Assembly (NCBI GenBank): GCA_051362555.1
Contig: CM120649.1
Coordinates: 8,556,001-8,620,000, forward strand
Direction of reading: 5' to 3'
Length of the DNA stretch: 64,000 bases
Source: Lingula anatina
Taxonomy: Eukaryota; Animalia; Brachiopoda
Part shown: positions 49,801 through 62,882 of the stretch, piece by piece
How positions within the stretch are numbered: position 1 is the first letter of the stretch
How the letters are laid out: each line of letters opens with the position of its first letter
Position numbers and translations under genes: made by a program
Notes under the pieces: generated by a model
The model's database searches: none
Told to the model about the DNA's origin: nothing
What the model saw: the letters and a program-made list of their open reading frames with translations, nothing else

Positions 49801-52100
49801 ATATTTTGTGCAAATTTCAGAAGTATTGGACAAGATTTGACAAAATTATTAACGTTTAACTCTTTTGAGCCACGGAATTTGCCAGTGTTTTTGTGGTAGT
49901 TTTCTGTTTTCAGAAATATATTGCCCCAAAGAACACTTTTCATTTGACATTGACAACTGATCAGCTTATCACAGACTTTTATTATTGTTAAGCATCATTT
50001 GTACAGATTTTAGAAACATTGGATGAGATTTGACAAAATTATTAACGTTTAACTATTTTAAGTCATGAAATTTGCCAACTTATATTCAGTGAAATTTTTA
50101 GTTTTCTCTAATATATCGTCCGAAGAAAATACTTTTCGTTAGACACAGTCAACTGATTAGCTTATCACAGATTTTTATTGTTGTTAAGCATCATTTGTGG
50201 AAATTTCAGAATCATTGGACAAGATTTGACAAAATTATTAACGTTTAACTATTTTGAGCCATGGAATTTGCCAGTGTTTTTGTGGTAGTTTTCTGTTTTC
50301 CGAAATATATTGCCCCAAAGAACACTTTTCATTTGACATTGACAACTGATCAGCTTATCACAAATTTTTATCGATGTTAAGCATCATTTGTTAAAATATC
50401 AAAAATATTGGAAAAGATTTGACAAAATTATTTACGTTTAACTATTTTAAGTCATGGGGTTTGCCAGTTTTTTTCAGTGTAATTTCAGTTTTCTGAAGTT
50501 TATTGTTCTTTCTTTCCAGAGTACCCTTACCATGAAAAAGGAGGCAGTGAAAGACAGCAGCAAGAGCAGCACTATGTCTTATCCATGTGTACAATACATG
50601 ACAAGTGGCAAGATTTAGGACATTGTCAAATATTGTGCTAACAACAACCCATTCCAGAAACCCATGGTGAGGAGTAATCTGCATCTGACATTGATTGTAA
50701 GGAGGAGTCTTGTATGGGTATATATTGTTTTCCAGATGACAGCTGTAGGTAACTTGCAACCCCCCACACAAACAAACTCAAATCATCACATTTGTTTTTT
50801 TGCAATAATATATTGCAATAATACATTGCAATATTGAAATATTTGTTTTGGTCAATTCTCACACTTCTGATTATCAATTTCCGATAAACTTGGCACTTAA
50901 AAAAGACAGTCAACTGATTAGCTTATCACAGATTTTTATTGTTGTTTAACATCATTTGTGGAAATTTCAGAATCATTGGACAAGATTTGACAAAATTATT
51001 AACGTTTAACTATTTTGAGCCATGGAATTTGCCAGTGTTTTTGTGGTAGTTTTCTGTTTTCCGAAATATATTGCCCCAAAGAACACTTTTCATTTGACAT
51101 TGACAACTGATCAGCTTATCACAGACTTTTATTGCTGTTAAGCATCATTTGTACAGATTTTAGAATTATTGGGTGAGATTTGACAAAATTATTAACGTTT
51201 AACTATTTTAAGTCATGGAATTTGCCAACTTATTTTCAGTGTAATTTTGAGTTTTCTCTAATATATCGTCCGAAGAAAATACTTTTCATTAGACACAGTC
51301 CACTGATCAGCTTATCACAGATTTTTATTGTTGTTAAGCATCATTTGTGGAAATTTCAGAATCATTGGACAAGATTTGTCAAAATTATTAACATTTAGCT
51401 ATTTTAAGTCATGGAATTTGCCAACTTATTTTCAGTGTAATTTTTAGTTTTCTCTAATATATTGTCCAAAAAAAATACTTTTCGTTAAACACAGTGAACT
51501 GATAAGCTTATCACAGATTTTTATTGTTGTTAAGCATCATTTGTGTAAATTTCAGAAGTATTGGACAAGATTTGACAAAATTATTAACGTTTAACTATTT
51601 TGAGCCATGTGCTTTGCCAGTTTTTTCAGTGTAATTTTAAGTGTTCTGAAGTTAATTTTTCTTTCTTTCCAGAACAAAGCTGTAATTAATGCCTGGTGCT
51701 GCCAGTAATTATGCCACGGGGGATTCAAGGCACAGACCGTGATCACAAGATACCGCAAATAGATTTTTAGAATTTTAGAAAATAGATTTTTCACGTGAAC
51801 ACAGCCTAATTCACGTGAACACAGACATTGTTTTTGTGCTGAGCAAAAGAAATTTTGTTTCACAATAAATCTTTGTAAATCAACCATTTCTTCGGTCTTG
51901 GTATGTTCTTTGTTTAACATTGTGACAGTGCATGTTGAGTACTTGATAAACATAGCAGTAGCAAGGACTTGTCAAATCATAAGCATATTTTACATATAAA
52001 TTTAATAACTAAGATCTACCATGACATATATTACATGAATTAGTAAGCTGTAGTCAAGGACTAATTTTGGCAAGTGGCATAGTCTATTTTTGCAGGTCAT

Positions 52101-52897
52101 TTTTATATACAGTCTGTATGTCTGTACTTATTCTGGTTGGTCTGTCTGTCTGTGCTGTCGCTGTAGCTATATGACACATGATGTTCGGCCCATAACTTCC
52201 AAACTATATTTTTGTTCCACTTTTAATTTACTGAGTTGCTTTTTCAGTAAAGAGGCGGGTTGCTTTTGAAAATCGGCATGATCAGTTTACATTTATAGTA
52301 ATTATTCTGTTTTTTTTTTTTTTTTTTTTTTTTTTGCACAGTTTTAGTGACGTTCAACCCATGATTCTTGGACCATATTTTTGTTTTACTTTCACTTCAC
52401 CAAGTGGCTCAATTTGATAAAGAGGCAGGTTGATTTTGAGAATAAGCATTATTGTTTTTTTTTTTTTTTTGCACAATTTTTGATGTTTGCCCCATAACTG
52501 CCAAACTGTATTTTTGTTTTACTTTAAATTCACTGAGATGCTTTGTTTGGTAAAGAGGCAGGTTACTTTTGAAAATCACCATAATCGGTTTACATTTACA
52601 ATTATTATTTTTTGTGTGAATTTTTAATTTTTCACATAGAAATTTAAATGGCTTTTATAGCCCATGGAACTGAATCACTTGTTAGTTTTTCAATGTCAGT
52701 GTTACCTGTGCCAGTAGTACATAATATGAGATGGTAAGAGTAATTATGCTGCTTTAAAGCATTATGTAACAGTGCATCAAAATTGGCCAAAACATTATTT
52801 GGTGCACTTTTTTCTGTGTAATGTCTGAATGTTTGTCAGTTTTGCTTCCTTGTTTTCTGTGTGGTGTCTGTATATTTGCCAGCTTTGCTGTCTAGTT
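52101..52897 (+). mobile_element. Diverged HINE/Helentron-type element, copy 3
   Basis: T-run head with TACAGTCTGTATGTCTGTA, (GTCT)n, three TTTGAAAAT core repeats and tail TGTCTGTATATTTGCCAGCTTTGCTGTCTAGTT. Confidence 0.7.
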
Positions 52898-53483
52898 TTG
52901 TGGAAATTATATATACATGTATTCTGCTGACTTAAACCTGGGATTGAAACTGATCTGACAATAAATCATGGCCATATTTTACTTGCAACTTAAACAATGA
53001 GTTAAGATCTACCATGGCGTCTTTGTTCAAGAACTAATTTCGGCAGGTGGCATACCTAGTTTGGTAGCTCGTTTTTTAAAGAGAAATCAGCATTAATATA
53101 TGATCTGCTGACTTGAACCTAAAAAACTGATCTGACAATAAATCATAGCCATATTTTACATATAAATTAAATAACTAAGATCTAGCAAGACAGACGACTG
53201 TAGACTGCTTCAATTTTAGTTTTAGCAAAACAACTTTTGGGTTTCCATTTCAAAGTATCAAACCACGAATTTTGAGGAGAAACAGTAACTGGAAGAACTC
53301 CTTATATAGAAAAGTAAAAATGCAATGCAAATCTTACCTAAAATCATCAAGCTCTAAATTGAAAAGGGATTTGGAGATTATGATTAAAACAGAAGTCACC
53401 TAAACGTTAGCACTTTCCAGGAACGCGTTACATGTAGCAGCAGCTTTTAACAAAACTGACATGGTGAACTTGAGGAGACGTCT

Positions 53484-53630
53484 GAGCTAAGAACCTGTAA
53501 TTGATTAAAATGTATTCACAAAGAAAAATATCTGGATGTTGTAATGGATGATGAAAACAGACAAATCCTTAGTCGTTTTCGCGTTTGTGCATGTAAATTT
53601 CACATTCATACAGGTTGATACACAAACATT
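53484..53630 (+). mobile_element. Non-LTR retrotransposon (LINE) ORF2 C-terminal remnant
   Basis: ELRTCN*LK..KEKYLDVV...NRQILSRFRVCACKFHIHTG*Y matches the KLRTY..K...E.YL...R..L.RFR...H.L.IETGRY motif of L2/CR1/RTE-X-type elements. Confidence 0.7.
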
Positions 53631-53814
53631 TATCTTCACTGGTGTGTCACAATGAAATTCAGTCAAACGTGCACGTCTTTCCTGCGCCGTTTATATCCGA
53701 CGCCCATAACGCCAGTTAATTAATGCACAGCTTTATGCGCGTAATTTTTGGTCGACCACCCCCTTTTCCTTCGTTATTATTATTTTCTCAGTGGTTATCC
53801 CCACTCCTCACTAA

Positions 53815-54103
53815 GGCCCCATTCAAAACAGATGATCCGAGTACTTACTGATCCGCCGACTAAATATGGCCGACCACACTTCAAAAGAGGTGCCGCTGAT
53901 TCTCGATGGTCTCCCCGCCTCCACACGCGCCGTCGCTGCAGGCACCTAGCAATTACACCTCGGAGTCGAGATATGACCCATTTTATGGCGCGTGTGGAGG
54001 CGGGAAGATCATTAGGAATCAGCGACATCTCTTTTGAAGTGTTGTAGGCCATATTTAGTCGGCGGATCAGTTAGTACTTGGATTATGTATTCTGAATGGC
54101 GCC
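53815..54103. mobile_element. Foldback MITE with TAA TSD (PIF/Harbinger-like)
   Basis: taa|GGCCCCATTC...ACTGATCCGCCGACTAAATATGGCC ... GGCCATATTTAGTCGGCGGATCAGT...GAATGGCGCC|taa, with arms of ~115 bp. Confidence 0.88.
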
Positions 54104-57100
54104 TAATATTCCGCTCCTAGGCACTCTGTTGAATTGGTAATCTTTTGGTCAAGTTAAGAGTGCAAATTTTTTATGCCTATAGTTTTGTGCTTTGTAGTTC
54201 TTATAGTCTTAAAACAGTCTAATTCATGTTTTAATTGAGAATAATAATAAAAAATAACCTCATTCATTTGGGATGAAAGTCTATGGACAAAACAAAATGA
54301 CGTGTTTGTATAATAACCTGATGGTAGCGTTTTAGATTGAGGGAAATCAGCAATGGGTCTTCTCTAACACAATCCCACGACAGTGATACTATTATGTAAC
54401 CAGGTGAGCAATTTGGTGAGAGGTATTCAGATAGGACCAAGGTCAGGAGGAAGAGGAAGACACCTCATATGCCACATTGTCACAATTTCCACACGTAGAC
54501 TGAAATTTTTGCACTGCAAACTGATGTAGTCTGTTGTAAGTGTTTTATAGATGACACAATAGGCAACACTGGTCGGTTTATGTTGACGATATGTTATGAA
54601 AAAGTATGCATTTCCCACTTCAGGGGTAATGGCTCTTGGGTATATTCCATTGACAAGAATGCCGAAATGAGCTTGAAAAGTTAAACAGTTTTTACGTTGC
54701 TTTTTCCAGCAGGAAAGTATTTGCTCATAAAGAAGTGAGAAGATTATCCCAGCCGTCCAAAGGTCTGAACGCGTGATTCCGTCTTAAACAAAGCAAGACG
54801 ACCAAACAGGTAACTACCGGTACATTCTCAGCTCCCAATAGATACCTTTTTTCTTACGACAGTGGTTTGTACCAATATATCCTGTTAATTAAAGTTATCT
54901 GACACTAAGCATGGTTTTCTAGAGAACTAGGGATATGGCTTAGCAAAGATAGATAAATATAAAGATTAGTATGTTGACGTGTAACAGTGCGTACAGGGCA
55001 TGCAATAGTAATGATGTCGTTGTAATCTGTACATGTGTCATTGTATAGAACGTGTAGATTCAACATACTGAGGATATATCTGTTCTTGTAATATGATTAT
55101 GATATCTCTTAATGCATACCGAAATGGATCTGTGCAAAGATTATATTTCAGTTTATCAAATCCTTAGATATTTTTCTTGTATGTGGATTTTGTGTAATCT
55201 ATTTCGTTTTTTATTTAATTTCAGCAATTCGTAACAACCCGCTACGATGAGATTGGACGCACTCCCAGAAAAGACAACAGATTTGCCAGCGCCCGCACCC
55301 ATAACAACGTTGTCTTGCGTGTCGAAGTTTGTCGTTTGGTCAACTTGCAGGGTTGAGATTTGATTTGGTTTGAAATGTAATGTTTGCTTTGGGTTGTAAT
55401 TTTTGTATCAAAACGTGTATCGAATGAAGTGCAGCGTGCAACAAATGTTTTATTCATGAAACTTCTAATAAAATGGACTAAATTTAAGCGTCAACCCTGC
55501 ACGTCGCTGGTGTAAATAAGTTGTAGTACAGCACTCTATCCGCACACGATCTTTTCATTGTTATTTATTGATTTTTTTTTTTTTTTGTTCATACCCACCA
55601 GTTTCCGAACCTGAACAACTTAATGAAAAAAGTGGCTTGCTAAGTGATCTATGAAAATAAAATTAAATTGTTGTATAATTATCATTAAAGATACATACAA
55701 AGTCAATTTTTTGTCCTAAAAACCAACCAAATGCCAGCATATAGTTTCAAGTAGTATAACTAAGAGAATTACCAAAAGGCATTCTTTAATTTTACCCAAA
55801 AGTGATGTTTGAACAGATTTTTCTGCTAGCATTCTATGCTGTTATGTCAATGGGGCAAAGTAGGTCACGAAAGTAGGTTAAATTGACAACCAAAAATTTA
55901 AAGAAAGGGGCACTCTCTTTTATGGTTGATCGGGTGATTTATTCAGTTTATCCCTCGGCATGTCGAATTTATTAGATTCGTAGAAGAAACTAGTAGAAGT
56001 GGTTTACATATGTTACTGGGAATTCGCGCTCCACCGATGCTCGGTTCGTATGTACCTTTAAGTGATGTGCAGGTAGAGCACTGTGCTAGTGCGACCGGTT
56101 TAATGCTTGGTTGTAAAATTATGTGTGTGGGCAATTATGTAATAAGACGCTTTATTATGCATTTGAAAATGCATGTTTATTCGTATTAAATTTGATTTTA
56201 ATGAAGTTAACTCTAGGGAAAAAATACGCCGCGATTCCATTATGTAAAATGCAAACAATCTTTATTGTGATTTCATTGGCCGGATGAAATGAACAAGGTG
56301 TAAATGTACAGTAAACTGCAAACGCTGTAATCCAAATTATGAAATTTTAGAGTATAAAATTATAAAATGTACTCAAGTTATTGCGGAATTGCCCACACGT
56401 ATTGAAAAACAGGTCTTTCTAAAATTATGACGCATGGTAAGAATAAACTGCCTTTGGTTCTCGGTGTTTTGATATACTAATAGTGTGTCTGATCAGTGAT
56501 AGACCCATAGTTTTATTACTTAGAGGGGGTGGAAATGTTTGTATTTTCAGAAAATCAAACCAGGGGTTGGGTTAGTTTTTTTTTTTCGAAATTGGTAAGT
56601 TTTTGTTATTAAAAAAAGGAATATTAACTTTTTACCTTCATTACAAAGCGGAACTGTTCACAAAGAGAAACAGTGAATAGTAGAAAGTGTTTCTTTTTGC
56701 GTCTTTTGTCAATTTAAATGTATATGTAGGACTGGCATTTATCGCATCTTTTACAATTTGAAATTTTGAAAAATCCTTATCAAATTCGTATCGAAAACTA
56801 CAGTTGTCGCAAAGCTCTGTTTTGGGGGTTATAGGCATTTCCTAGTAATTAAACGAACTTATGTAGACTGTTATCTTTTGTCAATCCTCTAAAACACGGG
56901 ATTTTCCTGTTAGTTTCCAATTCACTGACTTATTGTCTAAAAATCCTTTTTCTTTTGTGATTCTTATGTCTAATCAAATATGAAAAATCAAGATACTATC
57001 AGGAAAATGACACTTTGATTGGTTAGAGTAAGTTTTACACAAAATTGAAAGGTCAGTATTTTATTTAATGTTGATATTGTACTTGGTATTTTCTTAATTG

Positions 57101-57884
57101 TGTTTTGTGAACGGGATCAAGGGGTGGTTGAGAACAAAAGGCCTGATTATGTGCCAGTCCTGTAGTGCTGTTGGGTTATTTTTACTAAGTGTTTCTTGAT
57201 TACTGAGCACAAGAGGTCTTTGAGTTTATTAGCAATTCCTGAGTAAATGTGATAAGTTATTTTAAGTAAACTGGTTTTCGCATAACCTTTTCAATTTTGT
57301 TGAGGAAGTTTTGGTGTCATGAGTGTGTACCCGCGTGCGGGGGAAACGCTTACATGAGATCATATGCATTTTGAATTTTCAATTTGATACCACCTTTGAA
57401 TTTGGATACAAATGCCCCTCGGTGAAATTTTGTATCAGTCACAAGACTAATACACCAATGTCAACTTTGAACAATGGCTGTAAAATACTTCACGTCAAAT
57501 CTTTAACTTTCTCTTTCAAGTCGCAGCAAAAACCTAAGAATTTCATGTTTTGGTCAGTATTATGTCGTCTCGTATGTAGTGTTCTTGAACACCTTTTTAA
57601 AACCAAAACGATTGATCTTGATCGATAATTTTCAAAATGCATAGAAACTCCGACTCGTTTAGTTGTAGATAGTTGTATTTAAGCTTCATTTACATCTCGA
57701 AATGCGAAGTCGTTCTGATAATTATTTTTTATGTAGAGCCAAAACTTCATGTATAGGTTTTGCTTACATCTGTAAAGTGGAATTGCTTGTATTTGTTATA
57801 ATAAACGTACATAAAAGTTGCAATAGATTAGTTTCAAAATGTGCAAAATATCAGATGTTCATTTCCGACTTTCTTTTCTTTAGC

Positions 57885-58265
57885 TCGACTCGAACCTTTG
57901 GTTAGCAACTTGGTTGTTTTCTTCTCCTTTTTGGTCTGTCGCCTTACCTACCGAGCCACTGCCTCAACTAGCTTATTTTCATTCGTATGATCCTCTTGTG
58001 GTAGTCTAAATTGTTTATTTGGGTTTATTTTTGCAAAAGGTAATTTGCTGGGACCTAGAAGCGCCAGGAATCGAACTGGCGACCTTCTGTCTCTGAGGCA
58101 AGCGCGTTACCTACTTCTCTAAGTGTTCCCACCCACCCTCCTCGGGTAGACTTTCTTCTTATAGTAACCGAAGAAAAAATTTTGATGGCACCCCTTTGTA
58201 ATTCCAAAGTACCCTAACCAGGAATCGAACCCGAACCCCAACCCCAGGCTACCCCTGAGCCATGT
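57885..58265 (-). other. Three adjacent degenerate tRNA-like/SINE-head modules (A and B boxes)
   Basis: Minus strand: TGGCTCGGTAGG...GGTTCGAGTCG; TAGAGAAGTAGG...GCCAGTTCGATTCCTGGC; TGGCTCAGGGG...GGTTCGATTCCTGG. Cloverleaf pairing is incomplete. Confidence 0.5.
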
Positions 58266-58576
58266 AGCTATCAGAAAAAAACGCCAAGACATTTTGTATA
58301 TTCAGTAAGTTTTTTTTTTTAAGAACAATTCAAATTTATTTTACTGTATTCAATTATTAATAAAACATGTATCTATAAAACATCATTGTCGTAAGTCTTT
58401 TTACTACTGCAAGTATCTGTGAGAATATTATTGATGTCTGCACTTAAATTCACTTACAGGTGTAAAAAATATAACATTCTTATCTATTCGACTTGACAAA
58501 TAACCTGTCTGTCACATTAATGGTCTTATATTTGATCTTAATGAAACAAACAAAATATTTTAACTTCCTAAAAAAA

Positions 58577-58713
58577 CAACGGTGGATCTAGTCTCCACCC
58601 TCCCCGAGGAGAGGGACCCATTCTGGACTCACATGATCCAAGTCCTCAAAAGACTCCATCACGCCCCAAATGTCAACATCTGCCCCTCTTAAAATGTCCT
58701 GGATCCGCCATTG
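58577..58713. mobile_element. Short TIR element, CAG/CAA-GGCGGAT family
   Basis: CAACGGTGGATCTAG ... CTGGATCCGCCATTG. Confidence 0.6.
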
Positions 58714-61700
58714 TTTTATATTTATATAACAATGAAAACTATGAGATATTTGTTAAATGCTCTGTTTAAAATTGCACTTTTTAAAAAAGACGGACACTTA
58801 TCGTTGGGAACAAAAAAACGGACACGCACATTCGTTATATTTGGCCAAAAAAGTGTCAAAGTCCTACATAAAAACATATTCAACGTTTATACAGCTATTG
58901 ACAAAATGTAAAGACTAATGAACATTAGATAATAAAATGAATATGAAATTTAAAAAAATCGTTACAAAAAAAAAAAAAAAAAAAAAAAAAACATTTAGAA
59001 AACCAACTACATGTCCACTTATGAAATCTGGATTAAAATCCAAAGATCATATCACGATATTTCTCATATTTCCTACACCCATTTTCAATTTCAAAAATCT
59101 TGTAACAAATAATTTGCAACCTTCTGAACATAAATTGTTCTACATACGAGAAAATATCTCTAATTTCTGCATCATCTGGGCAATAGAAAGAAAGATGCTA
59201 GTTAACCAAAATAAGATTAAATTTGAAAAATAAAATAATTTTCAATCACATAAATGGTCCCATCATCTTAACCCAGAACCTGTATTTGTTCAATAGATTA
59301 ATGACAAAAATATCAGTCATTTTCATGATAAAACGTGTCATATTTTACATTGTAAGAAATACATTCAGAGATAAATACTAAAATAACAAAATGAGTTGCT
59401 TTTCTATCCTATGAATGGCATTTACATGTACAAAACCAGCTTTTCAAGAAGGGAATTTCCGCAAATGAAAATTGAAATTTGTAAATTGTACATACTTCAC
59501 TAGTAAAACAAAATAATCGATTTTAGTTCGTAAAATTTCATCTCTTACTCACAAGACAGCAAATATTCAAATTTCAAGAGACTATATGCCTTTTTTCTCA
59601 TCTGAACATTAAAAGAAAGACACACAATGGTCGTCAGTTGTTACTTTCTAGATTTCAGTCCATTTGGAGAATGAGACTGAAGAATATATACTAACGCCGG
59701 TAAAAACAGAAATTAAGAATTCAACACCGGGATTGTAGAATTTATCAACAGTTTCGATAATGTGTTCCTTGGTGATTTATTTGAAATTGTTGAATGTTAC
59801 AGAAAAAAATGGCTTTAAACCGACATAAAAAAATTGGTATGTTTTTGCATTCGATCTAAACTAGAAAGTCACCCATTGCTGTCTTGCTGAAGAATACAAC
59901 AAATAGTACATTTTAACATGTCACGTGTGACCAACTTGAAACTACGATAGTATAGAACATATTTCAATTCAATAAAATAAGCTTTCTAACGGATGACCAT
60001 GCATTCTGATATATGATCACGTTTTAAATATATTACATTTAATTCGTATAAGACCTCAAATTCGTGATGTTATACTGATAAATAAAACACGTGAAAAAAA
60101 AACGCCTTTAGACGGAATCTTTTCAAATCCGTTCCAAACAATATTTTGGGATATCAACTCGCGCTTATGTTTTGAAGGGTTCATCTTATAATCTGTCACA
60201 CAGTAATCTCAAGGACTTTAATTTAGCTCACACATGAAATGAAATATTAAATCTTAATTTATGAAATCTTGCTAATATCCGAAATGGAAGTATATTACTA
60301 TACCCCTTTAATACTTGAATTATATTCTTTACTTCGGAAATGGACGTTATTATATATATATATATAGGCTATATCATATTCTATAATTCCACTACCAACC
60401 ACTCACTAAATATCAACAGGTCAATAGCCAGACCCTCACAAGTCATTTCACAGCATTTTCCCCTCCTTGGCCATTTCTCACGGTAAACTTCCACTACCAC
60501 TACTATTTCTACCGATGAAGTTCAGAAAATGAAGCGCAACTGTATCTTCCTTTGTTTTATGAGATGCGATGAGACGAACAGAAGTGAAGGAGGAAACAAA
60601 TAGTACGTGGGGAAATGTTGGGAAATGACCAAAACCACTTTTAAGCGAACGGGCGTCAAAATACTTTTCAAAAATAAATCACAATTAACTTATCACCAAA
60701 TACCTAACATTGATTTCTTAAAACGTTATATTGATATGACTGTAGTTACGATATTCTTATACTTATAATATCCAATACGCCTTCGCTCCACTTCCTGATC
60801 ACCCAGCACTGAGGCAGTGACGTCTTCCAGGCTGTCCATCCCATTACATTCATAGTAGGGGGAGGTGGCAGGCTGAAGTGGCCGCCTTTCCTTTTCAACT
60901 CTCACGAATATTTTACGGATGGAACTTCATTTGCATTTTAAAACATTAAAATTACATTGGAAGAGTGTGTGTTCAGTATATTTTAAAAAAATGCCAGACA
61001 AAAATTAACCTCAAAATCCTTATCAACCCCAAATTAAAACGACATTATGTAGGTCACTGGCTATCTTCATATGACTCAACATGGTTCACTGATTTTAATA
61101 TCTGACCAGTTTTTGCTATGTTTGACCAACTAGACCTTACGATAGCGCCACCTGGAGGTAAACAGAAATGCTGCAATCGGAAACTCAGTATTTTCTTTGA
61201 GATTTAAAATTTTATCGACATAAAATAACCAGCGAATTATTTGTGAATATACGATGCTCTAATATTTTTATCTGTGTAATAAAATATATTTTGATGCATG
61301 CAATTTTCTCATCTTTGTTCATATTCTTTCATTAATGCATGTGTGTTTGTGTGCGCGCGTGCGCGCGTGTTCTCTATTGTTAGCAAATGCACCAATCGAA
61401 TGGCGATTTGGTACCATACGATTAATGATTTATTATAAATAAAATGATAGACAAATATGAGAAAAACGGCAAAGTTATAGGCTATCTTCAAACTTTAAGA
61501 GCTGTTCACCTACAGCTGTTCACGTACAGCTGTCACCCTTATTGAAGCTCAAAACCCCATCAAGGTTGAGGAGTTCGATACCTTAGTATTAACGCAATAA
61601 AAATAATAAAAGTATTAGACTACTGCATCTATGCACCCTATGGCTGTACCGAAGAAAGAATGAAAAACTGCAGCGAATCAAAAAAAATCATCTCGTCTTT

Positions 61701-62802
61701 TAACCCAGGGAAACTCATATCACACCTATTTTAAAACAGTTGCACTGGCTCCCTGATAGAGCACGCATTTTATTCAAAATTTTAGCTTTTGAGCATGCAG
61801 TTTTTTTAATTAACACTCAGATGATAACTAAAGCTGTCGAAGAGAGCCACGGCCCTCAGAAGTATAAATTTGAGCGGAAGAATACAAAGGAACACTTTAT
61901 TTGCGTAGTTTAAAATATGTATATTATCACTAGCTGGTGAAACACACTACATGTAGTGGGGTCTATTTTATCACAGATGAGGTGAAAATAACTTAGCTTA
62001 AGCTTTGTTTATTGGAGAAAAATGATGAACTTCTGAGAGCTGTTTAAAAAAGAGATTAAAACCAAGTTTTCAGCTCACCTTATCTACACCTGAATGAAAT
62101 TGACAGTTATATAAACACACGTCAATCATTACACTGATAAGTTAATATCATATATCACACGATTATTCGACTTACAACACTCAAATGACATTATATTTTA
62201 TCTTATAACAGAAATGAAATTTAAAGTGATTGTTTTTTATTTCCCTGGGAAATGATATTTTAGCATAGGGGGCTCGGTCCATACGTAAAAACAACTTCAA
62301 TACGAGGTATATTTTGACTTCTAGGCTGTCTCAACATGGTTGTGACGACAACCACAGAATTGATGGAAATGTGCTAGATGTGACAAGCCGTTGACCACTG
62401 TAAATATGTACGTACAATAGGCCATAAAGTCACCATTTATCTCACTAAAGAATATCGTTAAAATTTTTTAATGAACGTCTCTTGGCAGGGTTGATTCAGC
62501 AAGTCAAAGTCAACAGGGTATAATTTGCAAAACCTTGTTATTTCCAACTTACTTTCGAACTGGTCATTGTAAGTGTCGCCACTTTCTAAAAACATGTTTT
62601 CTGTCACATTCAAAAAGGACATCTTTTTTTTTCAAAGTCAAATAAATTACGTTGTAGCTTGATACCACAATCTAACGTTAAATAAATCGCATGCAAAAGC
62701 AACAAAGTCACAGACAGACTACACCTATTCCCTGTGCACCTACAGTAACTATGTCATTTTTCCTTGTATCCTCCAATGTCAAAATACAACTTTGAAGCTA
62801 TT

Positions 62803-62804
62803 AC

Positions 62805-62879
<75 letters not shown>
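62803..62879. repeat. Compound (CA)n(GA)n microsatellite
   Basis: Direct reading. Confidence 0.95.

Positions 62880-62882
<3 letters not shown>

Larger units (their letters stand above)
31165..51672. repeat. Hierarchical satellite array: ~193-bp monomers in ~1150-bp higher-order units (13 copies), interrupted by two transposons
   Basis: The monomer core TTGACAAAATTATTAAC recurs every ~193 bp. The unique insert (GAGTACCCTTACCATGAAAAAG...) recurs at ~31630, 32630, 33780, 34930, 36080, 37230, 38380, 39530, 42200, 47070, 48220, 49375 and 50520. Identical or near-identical ORFs recur at offsets of 4600 and 13295 bp. Confidence 0.97.

Noticed and set aside
31526-51398. The many 60-156 aa ORFs in the satellite as a gene family
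   Set aside because: They are translations of the repeat unit in several frames and both strands, with copy-specific stops and frameshifts and no recognisable domain.
31165-51672. Satellite as the internal array of one giant Helentron
   Set aside because: No HINE head palindrome or subTIR-hairpin-TTGTT tail was seen at either boundary.
58058-58129. Functional tRNA gene
   Set aside because: The acceptor, D and anticodon stems pair poorly; kept only as a tRNA-derived module.
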